Assembly: GCA_965203555.1 (NCBI GenBank)
Contig: CBDBCY010000004.1
Location: forward strand, 192,001 to 256,000
DNA from: Acidimicrobiia bacterium
GTDB lineage: Bacteria > Actinomycetota > Acidimicrobiia > Spongiisociales > ZC4RG35
DNA length: 64,000 nt
Direction of reading: 5' to 3'
Shown: positions 41,595-50,945 of the stretch, in pieces
Numbering within the stretch: the first letter of the stretch is position 1
Layout of the letters: each line of letters starts with the position of its first letter
Position numbers and translations under genes: made by a program
Notes under the pieces: generated by a model
The model's input: the letters and a program-made list of their open reading frames with translations, nothing else
The model's database searches: none
What the model was told of the DNA's origin: nothing

Positions 41595-41733
41595 ACGGTA
41601 GGCGTGGCGCGGTGCACTGTTGACCGTCTTATGCGTGATATGGGGGGATCTTAAGGAGAGGCCAGGGACAATAACGGTGTATATCCACTGTCGCTGATAA
41701 CACCGCCCACCGGTCTGCCGACTTGGTCGACCT
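41595..41733 (+). mobile_element. IS3-family (IS6110/IS51-like) OrfB fragment
   Basis: GVARCTVDRLMRDMG...TVADNTAHRSADLVD, frameshifted. Confidence 0.7.
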
Positions 41734-41768
41734 CCATCCCCAAGATAGCCGATCCCGCCTTGCGTTCT

Positions 41769-42131
41769 TCAGTTCAGGTAACGGGCATGAAATACATAGC
41801 AGCAGGGAATGTGCAGATTGTATTCATGGCATTTCTCCCTCCACTCATATCTCAAGTTCTGCCGCACAGCGACTTCAAGCCACCCCTTTCTGGTTTCTCC
41901 AACTGCCAGAGTGGCGGTTGTACCGAAAATAGCATCAGTCTCTGGATCAGGGTCGTTCTCCGTGTACACGAATAGCGTTGGAGGATCCTGATCCAGCATC
42001 TCCATGATCTCGGCCCTCTTGACTCCGTGCCTTGATGACGAGCGGGCAAAGAGGACAATGGCTTGCTCTATGCCTGGCCAGAAGAGTCCGCCGTGATGTT
42101 CTAAGGGATACGGATGCGCCCAACAGGGCAT
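41769..42131 (-). CDS. Hypothetical protein Y1 (possibly BrnT/RelE-like toxin)
   Basis: FARSSSRHGV..AEI, WLEVAV, YVFHAR pattern; paralogue at 43790. Confidence 0.5.
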   Translation of the reverse strand: MPCWAHPYPLEHHGGLFWPGIEQAIVLFARSSSRHGVKRAEIMEMLDQDPPTLFVYTENDPDPETDAIFGTTATLAVGETRKGWLEVAVRQNLRYEWREKCHEYNLHIPCCYVFHARYLN

Positions 42132-42147
42132 GCCTGACCGCCGATTG

Positions 42148-42459
42148 CTATGGGCACTTGGAGGGTGTCTCCTCCAAGAGGGGGATGGAATCAGGAAGAA
42201 GGCTCTGATCCCAATAGGGCAGTCGTGCTTTCAGAAACAGGCGATAGGGTTCAAGGGAATGTTCCCGCCTGTGGTGGGGGATTCCGCATTTGTCCACTAT
42301 CTCGTCGGGCGTGGCCACGAGCAAATCAATTCGGACAAGATTTCCTGTGATCCTGTGCGGTATCGTTACCTCGCCGCTGGGTGGGTTTTTCGCCACCACG
42401 TTTTCGTAGTGGTCCCAATCGGCAGGATGATGCTGATCGAGGAACTCCTGCTCCTCCAT
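42148..42459 (-). CDS. Hypothetical protein X1
   Basis: GGAGG RBS before ATG 42459; aligns with 43437-43775. Confidence 0.55.
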   Translation of the reverse strand: MEEQEFLDQHHPADWDHYENVVAKNPPSGEVTIPHRITGNLVRIDLLVATPDEIVDKCGIPHHRREHSLEPYRLFLKARLPYWDQSLLPDSIPLLEETPSKCP

Positions 42460-42954
42460 GAGAGCTTCCTCCAGTCCTGCCTGAGGGTGAGTGGTCGCTA
42501 CCTTGCCGTCCCGCCTCAAAACCATGTGGCGCATGCTAATGGGGTGCGGGGCCGCTTGGCAGGCGTATCGCCGACGCCGCTTCCCACGAGAGCCGCAGCG
42601 TCGGCGACGGCGCGTTCGCTGATGCGACTCGCGACCGGATCAAGCGGGGGGCCAACAGCGAACACGTCTGGTCCACTGAGGACTGGCCGAGCGGCTCAAG
42701 CCCGTCGACGACGACACCCGGTCGGCGGAGGCGACCTTCAAGCTGGCGTTGCACTTCGAGGCGGTACTTCGCCGCGGCACAGCACCTGGCGCCTGACAAC
42801 TGGAACTACCTGCGCCAGGGCTGGTCTCATCGGGGGCCGCTTCATGCCGGCCTGAATCCTGAGGCGGACCAACTACCAGCAAGCACACCGACAAAAGTTT
42901 CTAGGTCCCCACCGGTTTGCCCGGCGAGAACCACCGCCGGTTCATCGCTCCGGA

Positions 42955-43155
42955 GTGACTGTGGATCCCTGCCGTCCGGCGGGTCAAGCAACTGCTCCGC
43001 CGCTCGGGAGGCATGACACGACCAGGTTCGTGGAGATTGACGACCATCTCTACCTTGTACTGTTCGTGGCAGAACCCGGCGGCACCCGATTGCTCAAAAC
43101 TATTATTCCCAGCCGCAAGGCGATGAGACACTACCAGAGGGGACGGTCACAATGA
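42955..43155 (+). pseudogene. BrnT-like toxin, C-terminal fragment
   Basis: IDDHLYLVLFV...LLKTIIPSRKA; ATGA overlap with the antitoxin gene; N-terminus appears missing. Confidence 0.65.
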
Positions 43156-43343
43156 ACTACAAACTGAGTGCCGAGGAGCGGGAGATTCTCGAACGCTTTG
43201 AGCATGGCGAGTTGCGCTCGGCCGCCGCCCCACATGAAATGGAGATGGCACACGAGGCGGCGCGTAATGCCCTCAACGAAATCGACAAGCAGCACATAGC
43301 TTTTCGGTATGACTCCTCACCGAGCGGTGCCGGCTCGGCGTAG
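43152..43343 (+). pseudogene. Cognate antitoxin (BrnA/CopG-like), C-terminally truncated
   Basis: KLSAEEREILERFEHGEL...AARN; the DNA-binding segment appears degenerate. Confidence 0.55.
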
Positions 43344-43436
43344 AACACGGGGCGACAGCACCCTGGGCTGTTGGAAAGCGCTTCAGGGGTGGTGCCATTC
43401 TGGAGCGTATGAGGGATCCGGTCAATTAGGATTTGC

Positions 43437-43775
43437 TTGGTGAGGGAGCCGGCACTAGCAGCATTTTCTGAATTGAGTGCTGACGAGCAGGCGTGTTTGG
43501 AGGAAGACGCGAAACTTGACAGGGAGGCTGCCCGCTACATCACCGAGAACGGACCGTTCGCTCCAGGGGACACCACGTTCGCGATTGGTCATTACTCGGA
43601 AGATAGGTTGGTGTGGTTCGACATTCTCTCTGTCACTTTGGACGACATCATGAGGGAATGTGCCTTTCCTGAGGATCAGAGGCCAAAACGAAGACTGCTT
43701 GGCAGCAGTTTCGTGAAACACTTCCTTCGTTTCCACAATGCGCCAGGAGGGACCCTTCCTCTGTTGCAGGAGTAG
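43437..43775 (+). CDS. Hypothetical protein X2 (paralogue of X1)
   Basis: IGHYSEDRLVWFDILSVTLDDIMRECAFP aligns with X1. Confidence 0.55.
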   Translation: MVREPALAAFSELSADEQACLEEDAKLDREAARYITENGPFAPGDTTFAIGHYSEDRLVWFDILSVTLDDIMRECAFPEDQRPKRRLLGSSFVKHFLRFHNAPGGTLPLLQE

Positions 43776-43789
43776 AGGGAGAGGCCAAT

Positions 43790-43912
43790 ATGCCTCCCTT
43801 CCTGTATTGGCCAGGCCGTCCTTGGCGCGTCGTCTATGCAGATTCCGCCTTCGAACGCGGCGTGTCTCAAGAACCTTGGAAGCGGACGGAAATCCTTGTG
43901 TTATTCGACTAT
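43790..43912 (+). pseudogene. Y2, truncated paralogue of Y1
   Basis: GGAGAGG RBS; LYWPG..VVYADSAFERGV....KRTEILVLFD vs LFWPG..VLFARSSSRHGVKRAEIMEMLD; runs into the end of the convergent MBL gene. Confidence 0.45.
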
Positions 43913-44857
43913 TTCCCGGGCCTGTCCGGCCGACACGCCGTAAAGCGATCCTTCGTCAGCCTGGTGGATGGCTCCAGGGTAGATGTCGGCCATGGCGGCC
44001 AGTTCATGCTCCTCGATTCCCGCTCCGATGTTCGGACCCCTGTGGGTGAGTATCAGGGATCCGGCCTCTGCTTGGGCGGACATTCTCGCCGCGCCCAGGG
44101 TGCCGGTCTGTCCGGGCGACTCACCGCTCTCAACCATTGAACGCTCCTCGTCCCAGCACATCGACACCAGTACGTCGGTCCCTCGGGCCAGTTCGACCAC
44201 CTCGTCACAGGGTTCGGTGTCGCCGGTGTACACCACCGAACTGGAGCCCACCTCGATCCGATAGGCGTTGGAGTCGAGAAAGGGTTGCACATGGCGGGCC
44301 AACCCGGTAGTGAATTGGATGTCACCGATCATGAATCCGTATCCGGGATGGATGTCCCGGACCTGGGGATCCGGCGGGAGACGGGGGAGATCGCCTCCCC
44401 GGTTGAGGTACACGGCCTGGCTGACCGGCGCCCGCATTCGGGCATGCAGATCGGGCCAGAAGGCGCCGGCTTCGGCGGCGAACAGTCTGTCGACGAAGCC
44501 CACGGTCGGGGGCGGGCCGTACACCAGTAGGTCGTCAATGAGACCGGCGCCCTGGTCCCAGCGGCTCAGGAAGAAGGCGGGAAACCCTGCATTGTGGTCG
44601 AAGTGGTGATGGGAGAAGACAACCGCATCCACTTCGGTCGGCCCGACCCCCGCCTTGACCAGAGACCGGGCAGCACCGGGACCGGCGTCCACCAGCACCG
44701 TGGTGGTGACGCTTCTTATCAGGATGGCGGTTCCCCACTTGCCAGGAGTGGGGGTCGGCGTCCCGGCCAGCAACACTGTGACCGTAATCTCGGATGCCAC
44801 CTCCTCCAACCGTGCCGTGCCGTCGCCCTGCGTAGCCGATTGTTGTGCGTCAGACAT
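43901..44857 (-). CDS. MBL-fold metallohydrolase (RNase Z/arylsulfatase-like)
   Basis: LVDAGPG, FSHHHFDH, VYTGDT, LILTH. Confidence 0.85.
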   Translation of the reverse strand: MSDAQQSATQGDGTARLEEVASEITVTVLLAGTPTPTPGKWGTAILIRSVTTTVLVDAGPGAARSLVKAGVGPTEVDAVVFSHHHFDHNAGFPAFFLSRWDQGAGLIDDLLVYGPPPTVGFVDRLFAAEAGAFWPDLHARMRAPVSQAVYLNRGGDLPRLPPDPQVRDIHPGYGFMIGDIQFTTGLARHVQPFLDSNAYRIEVGSSSVVYTGDTEPCDEVVELARGTDVLVSMCWDEERSMVESGESPGQTGTLGAARMSAQAEAGSLILTHRGPNIGAGIEEHELAAMADIYPGAIHQADEGSLYGVSAGQAREIVE

Positions 44858-44869
44858 TTCCCCAACGCT

Positions 44870-44897
44870 ACTTAACAACCCTCACTTAACAACCCTC
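44870..44897. repeat. Perfect 14-bp tandem repeat ACTTAACAACCCTC x2
   Basis: Copies at 44870-44883 and 44884-44897, just upstream of the MBL gene. Confidence 0.85.
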
Positions 44898-45026
44898 CCC
44901 ATCAGATGTCCACAGATTCCGGGGGGAAGAGCCCTATCTCGCAACTCCGAAGGGCTTCCGGCACCCGTTCCCAGCAACAGGAGCGGCGGTGTTCGATGAC
45001 TGCACCTCGGGTATGTGGGTGACCGT

Positions 45027-46181
45027 TCAGGCCGCGTCATATATGAAGTACTCTGCGGGCAGTTCTATGATTGTTTGCCGCTCTCCCGATTGCGTGTCGA
45101 TGGACATGATGACCTCGTCTTGGCCCATCACCCCGGTGGCAACTATTAGGAGGTTGTCCACCATGCCTAGCGGTGTTACGGATTCGCCTTCCTCGTTGTC
45201 GTGCAGCCATCGCAGGGTGTGGTTTGAAAGGTCGGCCATATAGACCGCTTTCCCGATTGTGTACGGAGGGTTCGCCGGATCGGGTGCGTTGTAGACGAGC
45301 AACAGTTGATCCGTATAACGTCCCGGGGCGTTCCCTATCGCCACCGGGATGGGGGGCAGAACACTCAGTGTCCAGCGGCCCGACTCGAACGCAGTAAACC
45401 GGTCGGTTTGCCCGGTGGTCACGTCATAGAGGACCAGATGTCTACCGTCATCACTGAGGCAAGCAATGTTGTGTTCGTGCACAGACACCAAATGTAGGTT
45501 TCCGTTGTCTATGTCGTCTGGGCACGTCGCTACTTCATTGATGGCGATGGCGCCGGTGCTTGTCAGCACCAGATCATCCCGGCCGTCATCGTCAATCACA
45601 ATAAGGTCGTTGTCCAACGACCTGCGCGCGTAATAGGAGCCATTCAGGTCGAAACTGGCCACTACGGTCCCTTCTTTGGTGATCAGGTCTACTAGCGTGG
45701 CGACACCGGTCCGCTTCAACACCCATATGTTCCCTCCGGACTGATCCTCCAGGGCATCGACACCATTACCCACAATGTCACCTCGATCAGTGTCGGCTCC
45801 GACGGAGCGGCGCAGGCGAATGGTCGAAGGTGCGGCGGAAAAGTCCCCTCCAGGCACCACGTACAGGACTTGCTCACCGGACGGATGAACCAACACATCG
45901 CCCGACCTGGTGAACGCTGCCACATCAACCGAACTGACCGGCAGGCCACGATGCTCCAGCCGGGACAGTCTCATCACACCCTCTGCCAAGTCAACCACCG
46001 CAACTCCACCCTGATGATTCAGAGCCAGCACCCGGAAATCCACCGGATCACCTTCCCACTCAAGGTCCACGACACGGGAATGAAAGAACCCGATCTGCCA
46101 CCCAATCAACAACCCAACCGCGACGATAGGCAGCAGAATCCACCAGCGCCGGCGCCACGCTCTCGCTTTATTTTGCGTCAT
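45027..46181 (-). CDS. Membrane-anchored exported protein, paralogue A (beta-rich)
   Basis: N-terminal RRRWW+TM anchor; shares FRVLA.N, VAAFTR.GDVL, HLV.YDV.TGQ, AVY.ADLS, YFIYDA with the neighbouring gene. Confidence 0.7.
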   Translation of the reverse strand: MTQNKARAWRRRWWILLPIVAVGLLIGWQIGFFHSRVVDLEWEGDPVDFRVLALNHQGGVAVVDLAEGVMRLSRLEHRGLPVSSVDVAAFTRSGDVLVHPSGEQVLYVVPGGDFSAAPSTIRLRRSVGADTDRGDIVGNGVDALEDQSGGNIWVLKRTGVATLVDLITKEGTVVASFDLNGSYYARRSLDNDLIVIDDDGRDDLVLTSTGAIAINEVATCPDDIDNGNLHLVSVHEHNIACLSDDGRHLVLYDVTTGQTDRFTAFESGRWTLSVLPPIPVAIGNAPGRYTDQLLLVYNAPDPANPPYTIGKAVYMADLSNHTLRWLHDNEEGESVTPLGMVDNLLIVATGVMGQDEVIMSIDTQSGERQTIIELPAEYFIYDAA

Positions 46182-47553
46182 AGATGAAGTAGCCCTCGGG
46201 CAGATCGACAACGGTCTGCCATTCTCCGCTTTCGATGTCTATCACGACTATCGTTGACCGACCCTCGTTTCCTGCCTTAGCTATCAGCAGACCCTCTACG
46301 ATGCCCAAAGGTGCAAGGTAACCAGGCCGTTGGTGCTCGTAAACCAGCCGCACGGTGTGTTCTGACAGATCGGCTACATACACCGCTTTGGTGAATACAT
46401 ATGGCGCGGTCGACGCGTCGGGCACCTGCAACTTGAGCAGCAAATGATCATTGTGAACTCCGGTAGTGTTCAACGCGGGTATCTCAGGCAAATAAGTCGA
46501 TACCCACTTTCCCGACTCGAAAGCTGATATCGCGTCTAGCTGGCCCGTCATTACGTCATAGAACACCAGATGTCGACCGTCGGTGCAGGCGGTTTTTGTG
46601 CCATACACCGCCCTAAGGTTCAGACGGCCGTACTCGGTGGAATGGTCCCTGCAAGAGAATACCTCTGCAATTGCCCCTTTCGGGCTAACACTCAGCATAG
46701 ACCGCTCACCTTCGATGGTGGCCACCACCACGAGGTGGTCCTCTAACAATCCCCCCTCCATGTAATAGGAGCCTTCCAGCGTCACCGTCTCCATGACGGT
46801 GACATTGTCAGCGGTGACCAGGTCAACCAGGGTTGTTTCCCTCCAGGTCCTTTGCAAGAACCAAACCTTTTCTCCCGACTGATCTCCCAGGACCTGAGTA
46901 GAGCCGTATACATAACGCACTTCGTTCTCTCTTGATGGGCGGAGCACAGTTGGCGACGCAGAGAAATCCCCATCAGGCACAACGTACACCTGCGGTTCCC
47001 CGGAGGGGCTTAGGAGAACATCGCCTCGTCTGGTAAAGGCCGCCACGTCCAAAGCACCGACCGGAACGTAGCTATCCCCCAGCGGTTGCACGATGCGATG
47101 ATGCCCTCGCGGGTACACTCTCATCACTCTGTCGGCCAGATCCACAACAGCGTATCCCCTTTCCGGATGGTTCACTGCTAGGACTCGGAAAGCAATCGGC
47201 GCGCCGTCCCAATCGAGTGATGTTTCGACTGGAGGGAGTATTGGATCGACGGGGTCTTCTGGGGCTGTGGGCCGATCCGGGGCATCAACCCGAGTCTTTT
47301 GGGTTGCGGCCTGGTCCCTCGTTCCCTTCGTTGTGGTGGTTCCAGGTACCTGATCCTGATTAGTAGACCGATCGGTAGTAGAGGTTGCTGCGGCGGTCGT
47401 GGTTGATCTCGAACCGACCTGGGGGACTGTTGCAGTAGCTCCGGTGGTCTCCGGAGTTGCCGACCGGTCGGAGCCAGAAACAACCAACAGTCCAACCATC
47501 CATGCCGCGGCCGCCACCGCTATGGTGACCACGAGCAGCCAACGCCGTGGCAT
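46168..47553 (-). CDS. Membrane-anchored exported protein, paralogue B, with Thr-rich linker
   Basis: GAGGAG RBS; TM anchor, T/S/P linker, same domain ending YFIYDAK. Confidence 0.75.
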   Translation of the reverse strand: MPRRWLLVVTIAVAAAAWMVGLLVVSGSDRSATPETTGATATVPQVGSRSTTTAAATSTTDRSTNQDQVPGTTTTKGTRDQAATQKTRVDAPDRPTAPEDPVDPILPPVETSLDWDGAPIAFRVLAVNHPERGYAVVDLADRVMRVYPRGHHRIVQPLGDSYVPVGALDVAAFTRRGDVLLSPSGEPQVYVVPDGDFSASPTVLRPSRENEVRYVYGSTQVLGDQSGEKVWFLQRTWRETTLVDLVTADNVTVMETVTLEGSYYMEGGLLEDHLVVVATIEGERSMLSVSPKGAIAEVFSCRDHSTEYGRLNLRAVYGTKTACTDGRHLVFYDVMTGQLDAISAFESGKWVSTYLPEIPALNTTGVHNDHLLLKLQVPDASTAPYVFTKAVYVADLSEHTVRLVYEHQRPGYLAPLGIVEGLLIAKAGNEGRSTIVVIDIESGEWQTVVDLPEGYFIYDAK

Positions 47554-47618
47554 CCTATCTCCTCACAATTCCAGGATCCATGCGAAGGGGCACGACGAAG
47601 CGCCACAGGACCGTTTGC

Positions 47619-47815
47619 TTATTTCGCGTCATAGATGAAGTAGCCCTCGGGTAGATCGACAACGGTCTGCCATTCTCCGGATGCGATGTCTATCACTACT
47701 ATCGACTTCTCGCCCTCGACTCTCCCGCTGGCTATCAGCAGGCCGTCCACCATGCCCAACGGCGTAATGAATCGGGCCCGTTGGTGATCGTTCTCGTAAA
47801 CCGGTCGCACCGTAC
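47619..47815 (-). pseudogene. 3' remnant of a third paralogue (C)
   Basis: TVRPVYE...PLGMVDGLLIA...GEWQTVVDLPEGYFIYDAK; last ~60 nt nearly identical to 46168-46229. Confidence 0.75.
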
Positions 47816-48099
47816 TCAACCGCAACTCCCCACAATCCCTCGGGGCTGGTATCCGTCGCCTCGGTCCCAGCTTTCCTGGGGCCCCAGCCTTCATCGAAGT
47901 CACATATATTACTCAGCCGCCGCACGATTTCTACACTAAGGAAAGTTCACTCCGAGCTCCGTCGCAGAGTTCTGGACCCCACCAGAGGGGGTAGTCATCA
48001 TGGACCACGACATGAGAGCCGAGGAGCGGAACACTCTCGAACGCGTTGAGAAGTGACGAGTCGCGCTCGGCTTCCGCCGCCAGAGTGCCGCTTCACCTG

Positions 48100-48816
48100 T
48101 CAATCTCCACCGAACCGAGCTCTGTAGGTGGCGGCCATCCGATCGATAAACTCCTGCCATCGAAGGCCGCTGCCAGCGGCAGGAAGCTCTGCATCGATTT
48201 CTCCCGACTCTCGATCAAACACCACGACTGCGATGCCTTCAAGCAAGTGGGAAGCATCGCCCTCGGTTTGTCTTCCACCAGCACGCGTGAACCGCCCGAT
48301 GGCCCTTTCGATCAGGTGGGTTGTCGGCTTCCAGAGGTCATCATGCCCCGACCGCGCCCGCTCCGTCGTCGGTAACGTGAGGATCCCCCCGACAACTGCG
48401 AATGGGAACTTGAGATGAACGTTAACGGCGAAAATACGGATGTCTCCGAAGCGGTTCCAGACCGCACGTCCCACAGCCAAATGGACAGGCTTAATCTCTA
48501 CCGCCAACTTCAACCCGTCTGTCTCGGTGATCTCCGAGACATCGGCTTTCGCGCTGCGCAGACCCCCGCCGACTGTACGCTCGCCAGCAAAGGCCCCTTC
48601 TAAGCCGAGCCCGGTTGCCTTGAGGCTGGCGAGCGTCGCATTAGAGAGTCCCTTGGAGAGCCGGATCTGTGCCGACTTTCCCCTCTTAGAGTCGATCTGC
48701 GACGCTCCTGTGATGTACTGGGCGGCGGCAGCGCAGTAGTCCTCAATTGTCGGGACGGCCAACTCCCCAAAGCGGTCGACCAGAGAGAGATCGGTAGAGT
48801 CTGGCGGGCGAGCCAC
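48100..48816 (-). CDS. Putative type II restriction endonuclease (PD-(D/E)xK)
   Basis: KADVSE...AVEIK motif; starts 2 nt after the MTase stop. Confidence 0.6.
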   Translation of the reverse strand: MARPPDSTDLSLVDRFGELAVPTIEDYCAAAAQYITGASQIDSKRGKSAQIRLSKGLSNATLASLKATGLGLEGAFAGERTVGGGLRSAKADVSEITETDGLKLAVEIKPVHLAVGRAVWNRFGDIRIFAVNVHLKFPFAVVGGILTLPTTERARSGHDDLWKPTTHLIERAIGRFTRAGGRQTEGDASHLLEGIAVVVFDRESGEIDAELPAAGSGLRWQEFIDRMAATYRARFGGD

Positions 48817-48818
48817 AG

Positions 48819-49832
48819 CTAGGCCGTGCGATCCAAGGCCAGATAACCCTGCGGGCTGAGGGCGTCCCGCACTCTGTTGACGGAGTGCTCGAAGTAGACC
48901 GGATCGACTTCACAGCCGACACTGTTCCGACCCCAGGCCGCGGCGGCGGCGGCAGTCGTGCCGGTGCCGAGGAACGGGTCGTAGACCGTGTCTCCGACAA
49001 ACGAGAACATGCGGACCAGACGCTCGGCCAAACTGAGGGGGAAAGGCGCGGGGTGATCCCTTGTCGAGGCGCCGTTGATTCGCCAAATCTGCTGGAACCA
49101 CTCCGCATGGTCCTCGGCTGGAAGAAGTGACAAGAGCCTGGTGGCCAACTCGGGCTTGCGGTATCCGCCAGGCTTTCGCTGAAGCAGGATGTACTCGATG
49201 TCGTTCTTGACGACCCCGTTGGGCTCGTAGGGCTTTCCGTAAAATCCGCCACCGCCCATCTCGTATTTGGCATTGGCGATCTTGTGCCAGATGATCGGCG
49301 CGAGGTTGTCGAATCCGATCAGGCGGCACCGCTCTTGGATGCTGGCATGCAGCGGGAACACAAGATGCCGTCCGAACGTCCTGCGTGACACGTTGACGTC
49401 CCCCACCACGACCACCATCCGTCCACCGGGTACGAGAGCACGATAGACGCGGCGCCACACCTCGTCCAGTTCGTCCAAGAACTCTTCATAGTCTTCGATC
49501 CGGCCGAGTTGGCCGTCTTGATCGTTGTATTTCTTCAGGGTCCAGTAAGGAGGCGAGGTGACCACCAGTGCGACACTGTGCGACGCAAGCTCCAGGCGTC
49601 GGCTGTCACCAAGGTGGAACAGGTGGGTGCTCGGGAGGCTCTGGACAGCCCGGGTGATCGCCGCGCACGCCTCCGGTTCTTTCGCAATCGCTGGGACCGC
49701 CCGCTGGGGCTCAGCAGTTACACGGTCGAGAAGCGGCGGGGGCGCGGCAGCCACAACCGCTGACAGGTGGGTCGGCATTCCCAACCGGATCCGCTGCCCG
49801 GTCGGGCCCTCCGGTCGGCCGTTAACGCTCAT
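48819..49832 (-). CDS. Beta-class amino DNA methyltransferase (likely N4-cytosine)
   Basis: VTSPPY (motif IV) precedes HPAPFP and DPFLGTGTT (motif I); start uncertain. Confidence 0.9.
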   Translation of the reverse strand: MSVNGRPEGPTGQRIRLGMPTHLSAVVAAAPPPLLDRVTAEPQRAVPAIAKEPEACAAITRAVQSLPSTHLFHLGDSRRLELASHSVALVVTSPPYWTLKKYNDQDGQLGRIEDYEEFLDELDEVWRRVYRALVPGGRMVVVVGDVNVSRRTFGRHLVFPLHASIQERCRLIGFDNLAPIIWHKIANAKYEMGGGGFYGKPYEPNGVVKNDIEYILLQRKPGGYRKPELATRLLSLLPAEDHAEWFQQIWRINGASTRDHPAPFPLSLAERLVRMFSFVGDTVYDPFLGTGTTAAAAAAWGRNSVGCEVDPVYFEHSVNRVRDALSPQGYLALDRTA

Positions 49833-50945
49833 GAGAAACTCGACTGTGATTTCTTTCGCGTACCGCGGACGGTCGCGACAACTCGATGAGTCCGATCGGC
49901 CAAGATCTGCTCAAAATCCGGCAAACGACATGCATGTAATTATAGGACCTGGCCCGTGAATCTCGGCCACGGGAGGACTTCGGTAAGCCCGGAACATCCG
50001 TCCATCGAGGAGTCAGCGCCAACCAACTCCTCTTGGGGCCGGAGTCACAAGCCCGGACACCCCAGCCGATTGCGTTGGCCGTTGTCGGGCACCCATCAGA
50101 AACGCCTGCCCGTGTCCAAAGCCGGCGCCGAGGCGCCGGTGTGCGATTCTCAGGCGCAATGCATTCCATCGGCGGCCAGGAAGCAGGGCCAGACCTCCAG
50201 GGATCCCCGAAGGGAAATGGGGACGAGAGACTGCCGCGGCCTCGATGAGATCGCGTACCGCGTACCACCTCGCGACGGCCACCGCTTCGGCAGTCGGTCC
50301 GCTGGGCACAGACTCGGGGTTCGGCCCTCCGGTTGGCTTTACGGACGCAAACGCTCGACTCTGCCTTGGTGAACCGGTAGGGACATTCTGGCATCATCTT
50401 TCCTTTCGCTGAGACGCAGTCTTGCTGTGAGCTTCAATCACATGACTACACACATGGTTGTCCTGGGGGTGGGACAGTGCCCCAGGCACGGTTTAGCGAC
50501 CAGCACTACGAACACCAGTCACCGAGGGTTCAAATCGAGACTTTAAACCGCTCCTTGAGCATCTATTGCGTCGAGCGCGGTGGAGATTCCTCGCGCTCAT
50601 CGTGAAACAGCCATAGCGGAGCGGTGCCCAAGCCAGGTGAGGTGAGTCTGCGCCGGCTTCGCTACGCGAGTGTGAATAGCTGGACTACGCGGATGTTGGT
50701 GTCGGCACGTGAGGAGTGGACATTCTCTAACGCTAGGAACATGGTGAGTTGCGTTCGGCGGCCGCCGCCCCACTTGAAAGGAAGTGGCACATCACGCGGC
50801 GCGTAATACTTCTCCCTTTGGCGGAGCAGTAGCCTCACGATCTTGATGGTTTCGGATTCTTGTAGGAACACAGGTGTACCCCTCTGCTTGATGTCTCACT
50901 TACAATGTCGCCGCCACGACACTTCGGTTAACGTTTGGAACATGT

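Noticed and set aside
42870-42895. PafBC-like promoter upstream of X1 (TGTCGG...TAGTTG, minus strand)
   Set aside because: The spacer is 12 nt rather than 10, the -10 is imperfect, and it is about 400 nt from the gene.
46168-47815. Diversity-generating retroelement TR/VR pair (B tail vs C remnant)
   Set aside because: Mismatches are not confined to adenines, an indel is present, and no reverse transcriptase is in the window.
50519-50536. tRNA T-arm-like fragment (CACCGAGGGTTCAAATC) as a possible att site
   Set aside because: The 3' strand of the T stem and the acceptor are missing and no integrase is nearby; too short to support.
49833-50945. Short ORFs in the 1.1-kb gap between the MTase and the helicase
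   Set aside because: No motif, RBS or structure I can support; probably decayed DNA.
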